64,000 nt of DNA from the human T2T-CHM13v2.0 reference genome, Homo sapiens: assembly GCF_009914755.1 (NCBI RefSeq), contig NC_060929.1; one strand, given 5' to 3'. Under the pieces are notes generated by a model. It worked only from the letters and a program-made list of their open reading frames with translations, did not search any database and had not been told where the DNA came from. Of this stretch, positions 34,783 through 46,989 are shown in pieces; positions within the stretch are counted from its first letter, which is position 1; every line of letters starts with the position of its first letter. The translations under genes were made by a program, and so were the position numbers.

Positions 34783-37562
34783 GGAGTTGCTTCTAAGATG
34801 GCCAAATAGGAAGAGCTCCCGTCTACAGCTCCCAGTGAGATCAACACAGAAGATGGGTGATTTCTGCATTTCCAACTGAGGTACCTGGTTCATCTCATTG
34901 GGACTGGTTGGACAGTGGGTGCAGCCCACAGAGGGCAAACCAAAGCAGGGTGGGGCATTGCCTCACCCGGGAAGTGAAAGGGGTTGGAAGATTTTCCTCT
35001 CCTAGCCAAGGGAAGCCATGAAAGACTATACTGGGAGGAATAGTACACTCCTGTCTAAATACTGTGCTTTTCCCATGGTCTTTGCAACCAACAGACCAGG
35101 AGATTCCCTCCCGTTCCTGGCTCAGTGGGTCCCATGCCCACAGAGCCTTGCCCACTGCTAATGCAGCAGTCTGAGATCAACCTGGGATGCTGAAGATTGG
35201 TGGGGGAGGGGGGGTGGTGTCCACAATTGCTGAGGCTTGAATAGGAGGTTCTATGCTCCCAGTGTAAACAAAAGGGGCAGGGAAGCTCGAACTGGGTGGA
35301 GCTCACTACAGCTCAGCAAGTTGTACTGCCTCCCTAGATTCCACCTCTGGGGGCAGGACATATCAGAACAAAAGGCATCAGACGGCTTCTGCAGACTTAA
35401 ATGTCCCTGCCTGACACCTCTGAAGAGAGCAGTGATTCTCCCAGCATGGTGTTTGAGCTCTGATAATGGACAGACTGCTTCCTCAAGTGGGTCCTGTAAC
35501 ATCATGTAGCCTGACTGCGAGACACCTCCCAGTAGGGGCCAACAGACACCTCATACAGGAAGGTGCCCCTCTGGGATGAAGCTTCCAGAGGAAGGATCAG
35601 GCAGCAATATTTGCTCTTCTTCAGCCTCCGCTGGTGATACCCAGGCAAACTCCAACAGATCTGCAGCTGAGGGTCCTGACTGTTAGAAGGAAAACTAACA
35701 AACTGAAAGGAATAGCATCAACATCAACAAAAATCAAAGTCATACCAAAACTCCATCCATAGGTCACCAGCATCAAAGACCAAAGGTAGATAAAACCAAA
35801 AGATGGAGAGAAACCAGAGCAGAAAGGCTGAAAATTCCAAAACCAGAATGCCTCTTCTCCTTGAAAGGAACACAACTTCTTGCCATCAAGGGAACAAAAC
35901 TGGATGGAGAATGAGTTTGACAAATTGACAGAAGTAGGCTTTAGAAGGTCAGTAATAACAAACTTTACTGTGCTAAAAGAGCATGTTCTAACCCATCGCA
36001 AGGAAGCTAAAAACCTTGAAAAAAGGTTAGATAAATGGCTAACTAGAATAACCAGTGTAGAGAAGAGCTTAAATTACCTCATGGAGCTGAAAACCACAGT
36101 GCAAGAACTCCGTGAAGCATACACAAGCTTCCATAGCTGATTCAATAAAGTCAAAGAAAGGATATCAGTCATTGAAGATCAAATTAGTGAAATAAAGTGA
36201 GAAGCCAAGATTAGAGAAAAAGAGTGAAAAGAAATGAACAAAGCCTCCAAGAAATATGGGACTACTTGAAAAGACCAAATCTATGTTTGACTGGTGGACC
36301 TGAAAGTGACAGGAAGAATGGAACCAAGTTAGAAAACACTCTTCAGGATGTTATCCAGGAGAACTTCCCCAACCTAGCAAGAAAGGACAACATTCAAATT
36401 CAGGAAATACAGATAACACCACAAAGATACTCCTCAGGAAGAGCAACCCCAAGACACACAATTGTCAGATATACCAAGGTTGAAATGAAGGAAAAAATGT
36501 TAAGGGCAGCCAGAGAGAAAGGTCAGGTTACCTACAAAGGGAAGCCTATCAGACTAACAGCAGATCTCTCAGCAGAAACCCTGCAAGCCAGAAGAGAGTA
36601 GGGGCCAATATTTAACATTCTTAAAGAAAAGAATTTTCAACCCAGAATTTCATGTCCAGCCAAACTAAGCTTCATAAGTGAAGGAGAAATAAAGTACTTT
36701 ACAGACAAGCAAATGCTGAGAGATTTTTGTCACCACCAGGCCTGCCTTACAAGAGTTCCTGAAGGAAGCACTAAACATGGAAAGGAAAAACCAGTACCAG
36801 CCACTGCAAAAACATGCCAAATTGTAAAGACCATCGATGCTATAAAGAAACTGCATCAATTAATGGGCAAAATAACCATCTAGCATTATAATGACAGGTT
36901 CAAATTCACACATAACAATATTAGCCTTAAATGTAAATGGGCTAAATGCCCCAATTAAAAACACAGACTGGTAAATTGGATAAAGAGTCAAGACCCATCA
37001 GTGTGCTGCATTCAGGAGACCCATCTCACATGCAAAGACACATATAGGCTCAAAATAAAGGATGGAGGAAGATCTACCAAGCAAAGGTAAAGCAAAAAAA
37101 AAAAAACAAAAAAAAAAAAAACAAAGGTTGCAATCCTGGTCTCTGCTAAAACAGACTTTAAACCAACAAAGATCAAAAGAGACAAAGAAGGCCATTTTGT
37201 AATGGTAAAGGTACCAATTCAACAAGAAGAGCTAACTATCCTAAGTATATATGTACCCAATACAGGAGCATCCAGATTCATAAAGCAAGTTCTTAGAGAT
37301 CTACAAAGAGACTTAGACTCCCACACAATAATAATGGGAGACTTTAACATCCCACTGTCAACATTAGACAGATCAATGAGACAGAAAATTAACAAGGATA
37401 TTCAGGACTTGAACTCAGCTCTGGACCAACTGGACCTAATATACATCTATAGAACTCTCCACCCCAAAATCAACAGAATATACATTCTTCTCAGCACCAC
37501 ATAGCACTTATTCTAAAATTGATCATTAATTGGAAGTAAGAAACTCCTCAGCAAATGTAAAA
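34783..37562 (+). mobile_element. LINE-1 5' portion (complete 5' end, 5'UTR, ORF1 35803-36827, ORF2 endonuclease 36891-37562), L1PA6-like, 3'-truncated
   Basis: Begins ttctaagatggccaaataggaagagctcc; ORF1 remnants REQNWMENEFDKLTEVGFRR and QSLQEIWDYLKRPNL; EN remnant IIMGDFNIPLS; stops inside the EN domain. Confidence 0.93.
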
Positions 37563-37587
37563 AATAATCAAGCAAGTCTCAGTCTCA

Positions 37588-37612
37588 AATAATAATAATA
37601 ATAATAATAATA
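37588..37612. repeat. (AAT)8 microsatellite preceded by gtctca
   Basis: Directly visible. Confidence 0.9.
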
Positions 37613-37688
37613 CAGGCTTACAGATTAGGCTTCTTGATCTTGAATGCCTATACCATGTATTAGTAGTTGGATATAATTAGGCTGTTTA

Positions 37689-37997
37689 GGCTGGGTGCGG
37701 TGGTTGATCCTGTAATCCCAGCACTTTAGGAGGCCAAGGTTGTTGGATAGCCTGAGGACAAGTGTTCAAGACCAGCCTGGCAAACATGGTGAAACCCTGT
37801 CTCTACTAAAAATACAAAAATTAGCCAGGTGTGGTGGCATGTGCCTGTAATCCTAGCTAGTCTGGAAGCTAAGGTGAAAGAATAGCTAAAACCCAGAAGA
37901 CGGAGGTTGCAGTGAGCTGAGAGTGTGCCATTGTACTCCAGCCTGGGTGACATAACAAGACTCCATCTCAAATAATAATAATAATAATAATAATAAT
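37689..37997 (+). mobile_element. Alu SINE (AluSx/Sz-like) with an (AAT)9 tail, inserted in a MIR (about 37620-38125)
   Basis: Alu dimer; degenerate TSD gctgttta / gctattta; MIR core resumes as caggtttgttgtgtgtaaaattgggtaaaataatagtgcctgcctc. Confidence 0.93.
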
Positions 37998-38869
37998 GCT
38001 ATTTAAATATCTTTAAATGTCAGGTTTGTTGTGTGTAAAATTGGGTAAAATAATAGTGCCTGCCTCTTTTTAGAGTTATTTGATGATTACAAGAGAAAGT
38101 GCATATAAATGTGTGGAATATTAAAGCAAAATACAGTAGTTCTCCACAAAAAAAAAAAAAAAAAAATTTGAACAGTTAAATATCTTTCACTGAAGACTAG
38201 GTCTATGAAACTCTCTCCATGCTGCCATTCCAAAGTCTGCATAATTATGAAGTTGATTGAATAATAATCCTTATTATTTGAATAATGATTTTATAAGCAT
38301 AAGTATCAATATCCTTTCTAATGAAGTTAAGCTTTTTATTCTTGTTTTATCTTAGATAAAATAAAATAAAACATATATTACTGAATTTGCTGCTACTTCT
38401 CATTTTAGGAATGAGAAAACCTTGAATTTAATTTCCATGGAGTCAGTGTCTAAAATTAGCTATATCATCACATAGCTAATGATATGTGGACAAATTGGAA
38501 CTTATATTGCAATTAGTATATATAAAATATATTATATATAATTACAATTATTAATAATACATCATTTATTGAAAAAAATTATTTATAAGGCTGTTTCTTA
38601 AACCAACATCATTTTAAAGGTAAACCAATAGCAATTATTTTTACATGCAAATATAATAGAAATTATATAATGTAGTAATAAAGAATAATCAGTTCATTAA
38701 CTTTGTAAGCATATATATAAATTTTCAATGTGTATTATCTAAGTCATTTTTAGATGTGAAATTAAGCATCTATACTTGCAAAACCAACATAAAACAATAA
38801 AGAAAAGTGTTGATTCTTGAGCAAAACCAACTCATTTTTAGTTTTGATTTATCTGTATTAATTCTATTT

Positions 38870-39340
38870 AAATTTAGGCCAATTTGGGTTTGGATAACTT
38901 CTCAGTGTTTCAGTTTAATATCTGACAAATGGCAATAATAACACCAAATAACTTGTGAAATATTTCTGACAAGTAATTTACTTAAAATATGCACCACATT
39001 TAGAATGTGCTTTGTAATTTTAAGTGCTCAATAAAAGCAAGTAATTGTTGTTGTTATTGTTGTTCTTATTTATGTTAAAAAAAAAAGACATTACCATTAG
39101 GTGTGTTTAAATCTACCATTTGATTTTTCATATATCTCATAGTGATAAAAAAGTCTAGCAATGAATTAATATAAAACTGGGTTTGATGTCCAGCTTACTT
39201 CTTGACAACTATTTGACTTGGAAATTTATCCAACAACTGTGAATCTTGATGTTATTACCTTTAAGATAAATATTACAGAAGGGTTAAATAATGTAGTGCA
39301 AAAAACGCCTTTCAACTAATAGTAAGCACAAATGTTGGTT
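38870..39340 (+). mobile_element. Two decayed MIR fragments
   Basis: ttctcagtgtttcagtttaatatctgacaaatggcaataata...taagtgctcaataaa; ctgggtttgatgtccagctt...tttgacttggaaatt. Confidence 0.5.
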
Positions 39341-39834
39341 TCTGAGATTGGTCTTGGTCTTAATTTTTTCCTTAATTATTAATTATGTAAGCCATATTTT
39401 ATATTGCTCCATGTTAATGCCTTTTATTTTCAGATATTCTTCAAACTTTATTGTGTATGAATTCTCATTTCTTCTCTATCCTAATATGCTATTGTAAAAT
39501 TCTCAAAAGCTAAAAAAAGGGGAAAATCTTGCTACATATAAACAAATTAATATTGAAGAAAATTGATTATTTTATTTTATGAATTTGCTTTTTTTCAGGT
39601 AAATTCTACTGCCTTTAAATAAAAGGATTGCTATATAGATCAGAACCCATGTTACTCTGAAAGATAAACTTTCTCACTAAATGAATCTAATTTTTTTCCT
39701 ATGAAAAGGTTTTAATCCATGAGCAAATAGATAACTGTTTTTTTTTCAGATAATTATTCTTGCACTTTCTGTGTCTTCTAACAGAAAAAATTCTTTTATT
39801 TTTAATTTTTACTATTTGTGTGTACATAAGAGCT

Positions 39835-39983
39835 GCCTATAAGATCTCATGAGAACTCACTCACTATCATGAGAACAGCATGGGGAACACTGTCCCCATG
39901 ATTCAATCACTTCCTTCCCTCAACACTTGGGGATTACAATTCGAGATGAGATTTGGGTGGGGACACAGAACCAAACCATATCA
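39835..39983 (-). mobile_element. Partial THE1/MST LTR inside the L1MA2 3' end
   Basis: gagaactcactcactatcatgagaacagcatgggg...gagatttgggtggggacacagaaccaaaccatatca. Confidence 0.85.
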
Positions 39984-42022
39984 ATAGAGTACACAAAATA
40001 TTTTGATACAGGAATGCAATAAGTAGCAATCACATCATGAAAATTGGCAGTATCCACCCTCTCAGGCATTTACCCTTTGTGTTAGAAACAATTGAATTAT
40101 ACTCTTTTAGTTATTTTAAAATGTACAACTAAATTATTTTACTACAGTCACCTGTTCTGCTATCAAATACTAACTTATTCATTCTTTCTATTTTCTTTGT
40201 GTCTATTAACCATCCCCACCTCCCCCCACCAATACCCTTACCAATCCCAGCCTCTTGTAACCATCCTTCTACTCTACATCTCCATGTGTTCAATTGTTTA
40301 GATTTTTGCATCCCACAAATAATATTTTACATTCTACAGTAAGTTGTCTTACCGTGCCTGGCTTATTTCACTTAACATAATGACCTCCAGTTCTATCCGT
40401 ATTGTTGCAAATGAAAGGATGTTATTCTCTTTTATGGCTGAACAGTACTTCATTGTGTATATATACCACATTTTCTTTATCCATTCATCTGTTGTTAGAC
40501 ACTTAGGTTGCTTCCAGATCTTGGCTATGGAAAACACTGCAGCAAAAAACATGGGAGTGCAGATATCACTCAATATTTCCCATCTTTGGAATATATAGCC
40601 AGCAGTGAGATTGCTGGATCATACGATAGCTCTATTTTTAATTTTTTGAGGAACTTCTGTTCTGTTCTCCATAGGGGTCATACTAATTTACATTCTCACC
40701 AACAATGTGTGAGGGTTTCCTTTTCTCCATATCCTCTCTAGCAGGTTATTGCCTGTCTTTCGGATAAGAGTCATTTTACCTGGGGTGATATGATATCTTA
40801 TAGTTTTGATTTGTTTGTCTCTTATGAACAATGATGTTGAGCACTATTTTATATGCCAGTTGGCCATTTGTGTGTCTTCTTTAAAGAAGTGCCTATTTAA
40901 ATTTTTAGTCATTTTTGAATTGGATAATTATTTTTTTTCCTATAGAGTAGTTGGGGCTCATTATGTATTCTTGTTATTCACCCTTTGTCAAATCAATAGT
41001 TTGCAAATATTTTTCTCCCATTCTGTGAGGTTTGTTTTCCACTTTGTGGATGACAACTTTGCTGTGCAGAAGCTTTTTAATGTAACGTTATCCTATTTGT
41101 CAATTTTTGCTTTAGTTGACTGTGCTTGTGGGGTATTACTCAAGACACTTTTGCCCATACCAATGTCTTGGAAGGTTTCTCCAATGTTTTCTTACAGGAG
41201 CTTCATAGTTTGAGTTCTCAACTGTAAGTCTTTATTCCATTTTAATTTGATTTTTGCAAATAGTGAGAGAGAGGGGTCAAGTTTCATTCTTCTGCATAAG
41301 GATATCCAGTTTTCCTAACACCTCTTATTGAGAGACTGTCCTTTCTCCAACATATGTTCATGGAACTTTTGTTGAAAATGAGTTCACTGTAGGTTTATGA
41401 ATATGCTTCTGGGTTCCCTACTATGTTCCATTTGTGTATGTGTCTGTTTTTATGCCAGTACTGCACTGTTTTGATTACTATCGATCTGTAGTATAATTTT
41501 AAGTCAGGTAATGTAATTTCTTCAGTTTTGTTATTTTTGTTCATAATGGCTTTGTCTGTTCTGGGTCTTTTGTGGTTCCATGTAAATGTTAGTATTGTTA
41601 TTTATATTTCTGTGAATAATGTCATTTGTATTTTGATACAGATTGCATTGAATCTGTAGGTTGCTTGGATAGTTTGAACATTTTAACAATATAGATTCTT
41701 CCAATCCATGAATATGGACTATTTTTCTTTTTCTTTTTTTTGTTACTCTACCAATTTCTTTCACCAGTGTTTTTTATTTTTTTTTAATTATAGAGGTCTT
41801 TCACTTCTTTGGTTAATTCTTAGGTATTTAATTTTATTTGTGGCTATGGTAAATGGAGTTACTTTTTTATCTCTTTTTCAGACTGTTTGCTGTTGGCATA
41901 TAGAAATGCTATTGATTTTTTATTTTAACCTTGTATCCCACAACTTTGCTAAATGTTCATCAGTTCTAATAGTTTCTTGGTGGAGTCTTTAAGTTTTTTC
42001 AAATATAAAATTATATCACCTG

Positions 42023-44373
42023 TGTGTTAGTCCATTTCCACAATGCTATAAAGATACTACCTGAGTTTGGGTAGTTTATTTAAAAAAAAAAAAGGTTTAA
42101 TTGACTTACAGTTCCACAGGCCTGGGGAAGCCTTGGGAAGCTTAAAATCATGACAGAAGGTGAAGGAGAAATAAGGCATGTTTTACATGGCAACAGAAGA
42201 GAGCATGCAAGGAAGTGCCACATTTTAAAGCCATCTGCTCTTGTGAGAACTTACTCACAATCCTGAGAACAGCATAGAGAAAACTACCACGGTGATCCAA
42301 TCACTTCCCACCAGGTCCCTCTCCCAACATTGGGAATTACAATTTGAGATGAGGTTTTGGTGGGGACCCAGAGCCAAGTCATATCATTCCACCTCTGGCC
42401 CCTCCCAAATATCATGTCCTTTTTACATTTCAAAACCAATCATGACTTCCCAAGAGTCCCCTTAAGTCTTAATTTATTCCACCATTAACTCAAAAGTCTT
42501 AGTCTAAAGTCTCATCTGAGACAAGGCAAGTCTCTTCTGCCTGTGAGCCTGTGAAATCAAAAGCAAGTTAATTAGTGCCAAGATACAATAAGAGTACAGG
42601 CATTGGGTAAATGTTCCCATTTCAAATGGGAGAAATTATCCAAAACAAAGGGGCCACAGGCCTCATGCAATTTCAAAATTCAACCAGTCAATTATTAAAT
42701 ATTAAAGCTCCAAAATCAACTTTGATTCCATGTCTTACATCCAGGACATGCTGATGCAAGGGGTGCACTCCCACAATCTTGGGCAGTTCTGCCTCTGTGA
42801 ATCTGCAGTTTTCAACCACTGCAGCTGCATTCAGAGGCTGGTGTTGAGTGTCTGTGGCTTTTCCAGGCACACGGTACAAGCTGTAAGTGGATCTATTATT
42901 CTGGGTTCTGGAGGATGGTGGCCCTCTTCTGACAGCTCCACTAGACAGTGCCCCAGTGGGGACTTTGTGTGGAGGCTCCAACCCCACATTTTACCTTTGC
43001 ACTGCCCTAGCAGAGGTTCTCCATGAGGACTCCGTCCCTGTAGCTGACTTCTGCCTGGACACCTGGGCATTTCCATACATCCTCTGATATCTAGGCAGAG
43101 ATTCCCAAACCTCAATTCTTGTCTTCTGCACACCTGTAGGTTCAACACCACATGGAAGCTGCCAATGCTTGGGGCTTGCTTCCTCTGAAGCAATAGCCCA
43201 AGCTGTACCTTGGCCCCTTTTAGCCACAGCTGGAGATGGAGTGGCTGGGATGCAGGGCACCAAGTCCTGAGGCTGCACAGAGCACTGGGGCCCTGGGCCT
43301 GGCCCATAAAACCATTTTTCACTCCTAGGCCTCCAGATCTCTGATGGGAGGGGATGCCGAAAAAAGGACATGTCCTAGAGACATTTTCCTTATTGTCTTG
43401 GTGATTAACATTCAGCTCCTCAATACTTATGCAAATTTCTGCAGCCAGCTTGAATTCTTCCCTCAAAATGGGGTTTTCTTATCTACCACATTGTCAAGCA
43501 GCAAATTTTCCAAATCTTAATGTTCGGCTTCCCTTTTAAACATAAGTTCCAATTCCAAACCATCTCTTTGTGAATGCATATAACTGAATTATTTCAGAAT
43601 AAGCCAGGTCACTTCTTGAATGCTTTGCTGCTTAGAAATTTCTTCCACCAGATACCCTAAGTCATCTCTCTCAAGTTCAAAATTCCACAGAACTCTAGAA
43701 CAGAGCAAAAATACTGCCAGTCTCTTTGCTAAAGCATAGCATGAGCGACTTTTACTTCAGTTCCCATTAGGTTCCTCATCTCCATCTGAGATCTCCACAG
43801 CCTGGACTATCCACAACCTGCACTATCTGCATTTTGGTCAAAGCCATTCAACAAGTTTCTAGGAAGTTCCAAACTTTCCCCAATCCTCCTCTCTTCTTCT
43901 GAGCCCCCCAAACTGTACCAATGTCTGCTTGTTACCTAGTTCCAAAGTCACTTTTATATTTTCAGTTATCTTTATAGTAGTGCTGCACTCTCGGCACTAA
44001 TTTTCTGTATTGCTCCATTTTCACACTGCTATTAAAAATACTTCCTGAGACTGGATAACTTATAAAGAAAAGAAGTTTAATTGGCTCAAATTTTACATGG
44101 CTAGGGAGGCCTTAGAAAACCTCCAATTATGGCAGAAGGCAAAAGGGGAAGCAAGGCATGTCTTACATGATGATAGGAGAGAGCAAGAGAGATGGCACAA
44201 GTAAGTATCACACTTTAAGACTATCAGCTCTCTTGAGAACTTGCTCACTATCATGAGAACAGCATAAGGGAACCACCTCCACGATCCAATTACCTCCCAC
44301 CAGGTCCCTTTCCTAACATTGGAAATAACAATTCATGATGAGATTTGGGTGGGGACAGAGCCAAACCATATCA
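42023..44373 (-). mobile_element. Complete THE1 (THE1D-like) MaLR provirus: LTR 42023-42386, internal region 42387-44005, LTR 44006-44373
   Basis: Two direct-repeat LTRs with TG...CA ends; polypurine tract (rc gggaggggccagaggtggaa) next to the 3' LTR; MaLR internal ORF remnant; 5-bp TSD acctg / atatg; L1 sequence resumes in register. Confidence 0.93.
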
Positions 44374-45077
44374 ATATGTAAACAGGGATAATTTGACTTT
44401 TTCCTTTCTTATTTGGACGTTCTTTATTTCTTTCTCTTGTCTGATTGCTCTAGCTAGGACTTCCAGTACTATGTTGAATAAAAGTGATGACAGTGGGCAT
44501 CCTTGTCATGTTCTACTTCTTAGAGAAAAGGCTTTCAGTTTTTGTTGGAAAGACTTTCAGCATGATTCTAGCTGTGGGACTGTTGTGTACTGCTTCAATT
44601 ATATTAAGGCATGTTCTTTCACTCCCTATTTTGTAGGGTTTTATCATAAAGGGATGTTGAATTTCATCAAATACTTTTTCAGTATCAATTGAAATGATTG
44701 TATTGATTTTGTCCTTTATTCTGTTAATATGATGTATCCCATTGACTGATTTGCTTATATTCAACCATCCTTGCATCCCTGGGATAAATCCCACTTGGTC
44801 ATAATAAATGATCTTTTCAATGTATTGCTGAATTTGATTTGCTAATATTTTGTTGAGGATTTTACACCAATAATCTTCATCAGAGGTATTGGCCTGTAGT
44901 TTCCTTTTTTAAATTTCTGTTTGTCTGGTTTTGGTGTGAGTGTAATACTGACCTTGTAGAATGAGTTTGGAAGTAGTCTCTCCTCTATTTTTTTTCAAAA
45001 TAGCTTGAGTAGAATTTATATTAGTTCTTCTTTAAATATTTGCTGGAATTCAGCAGTGAAGCCATCAGGTCCCAGGG

Positions 45078-45080
45078 TAT

Positions 45081-45115
<35 letters not shown>

Positions 45116-45117
45116 TT
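45078..45117. repeat. (TTTA)n tetranucleotide repeat inside the L1
   Basis: Directly visible, about 10 units. Confidence 0.92.
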
Positions 45118-46634
45118 AATGGGGAGACTTTTTATTATGTCTTTGTTCTCATTACTTTTTATTGGTTGTTCAGGTTTTAGATTTCTTTATTGTTCAATTT
45201 TGGTGAATTATATGTGTTTAGAAATTTATCTATTTCCTTTAAATTTTCCAATTGACATGTAGATGCTCATAGTAGCCACTAATAATCATTTTAATTTCAT
45301 CAGTATCCATTAGAATCACTCCATTTTCATCTCTGATTTTATTTATTTGCATTTTTCCTCTTTTTTCTTCATTTTATCTGCTAAAGATTTATCAATTTTG
45401 CTTACCTTTTTGTAAAACCAACATTTCTTATCACTGATTTTTATATTGTATTCTTCATTTCAAATCTATTTATTTCTGCTTCAATCTCTATTATTTCTTC
45501 TACTAATTTGGGGTTTGGTTTGCTCTTTTCTAGTTCTTTAAGATGCATCATTAGATTATTCATGTGAAGTTTTTCTTCTTTTTGATGTAGACACCTAACG
45601 CTGTAAATTCACCTTCTAGTACTGCTTTCACTGTATCCCATAGAATTAGGTATGGTTTGTTTCCATTGTCATTTGATTCAAGACATTTTTCAATTTCCTT
45701 CTTGATTTCTTCATCCACCCAGTGGTCATTCAGGAGCATATTGTCTAATATCCATATGTTGCCAAAACTCCTCTTGTTGCTGATTTCTAGTTTTATTCCA
45801 TTGTGGTTGCAGAAGATGCTGGATATTATTTCTCTTTTTTTAATGTTTTAGACTTGTTTTTTGGCCTAACATATAATCTATCCTTGAGAATAATCCAGGC
45901 ACTGAAGAGAAGAATGTTTTCTGCAGCCTTTGGATAAAAAGTTCTGTAACTATCTGTTAGGTCTATTTGTTCAATAGTGCAGATTACGTTTGATATTTCA
46001 TTGCTGAGTTTCTGTCTGAGAGATCCGTCTAATGATGAAAGTGAGCTGTTGAAGTCTCCAGATTTTATTGTATTGAGGTCTCTCTCTCTCTTCAACTCTA
46101 ACAATACTTGCTTTATATATATATGGGTGCTCCAGTGTTGGGTGCATATATATTTACAATCTTTATATACTGTTGCTGGATTGACCCCTTTATCATTATA
46201 CAATGACCTTCTTTCAATATACTTTTTGTATTGAAATCGATTTTGTCTGACATCAGTGTAACTGCTACTCCTCTTTTTCATTTCCATTTGCATGGAATAT
46301 CTTTTTCCATCCCTTTATTTTCAGTCTATGTGTATCTTTACAGGTAAAGGGTGTTTCTTATAGGCAATTGATCATTGGGTCTTGTTTTTTAATCCGTTCA
46401 GCCTTTCTGTTTTTGATTGGAGAATTTAGTTCATTTACATTCAATTTTATATTATCAATGAGTGGAAATTTATTCCTGCCATTTTGTTATTTGTTCTTTG
46501 GTTGTTTTGTGTTCTTCTCTACTTTTTTTCCTTTCTTCCTGTCTTCCTTTTAGTGAGCTGATTTTTTCTGGTGGTGCAATTTAATTACTTGCTTATTTAT
46601 TTTTATTTTTTATATTTCTTGTATGTCTTGTAGT

Positions 46635-46989
46635 GTCTTTAAGTGAACATCAGTGGTAGCCTGGCAGCCACCCCCTTGTAGGCCAGTGGTGGTGGTTCCC
46701 ACGACATGAGAATGCAAAAAATCATAGTGATATTGGGCTTGGGGCCCAATTACTTCCAAATACATGAAAAACCTTCTCAAGAATAACAGGCACAAACCAG
46801 CCCAGACTGCAAAGACTATAATAAATACCTAATTCATCAATACACAGACACTGGCAAGCATCTACAAATCAAGATCATCCAGGAAAATGTAACCTCACCA
46901 AACAAACTAAATAAGGCACCAGGGACCAATACTGAAGAAACAGAGACATGTTACCATTCAGACAGCGAATTCCAAATAGCTGTTTTGAG
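46635..46989 (+). mobile_element. Inverted L1MA segment (late 5'UTR to start of ORF1)
   Basis: Sense L1M motifs aagactataataaatacctaa...catccaggaaaatgtaacctcaccaaacaaactaaataaggcaccagggaccaat...aaatagctgttttgag within antisense L1. Confidence 0.8.

Noticed and set aside
38147-38166. Isolated poly-A as a processed-pseudogene tail
   Set aside because: No upstream ORF or recognisable transcript, and no TSD.
42831-43466. Longest ORF in the window (211 aa) as a host gene
   Set aside because: It lies wholly within THE1 internal sequence and is a frameshifted MaLR remnant.
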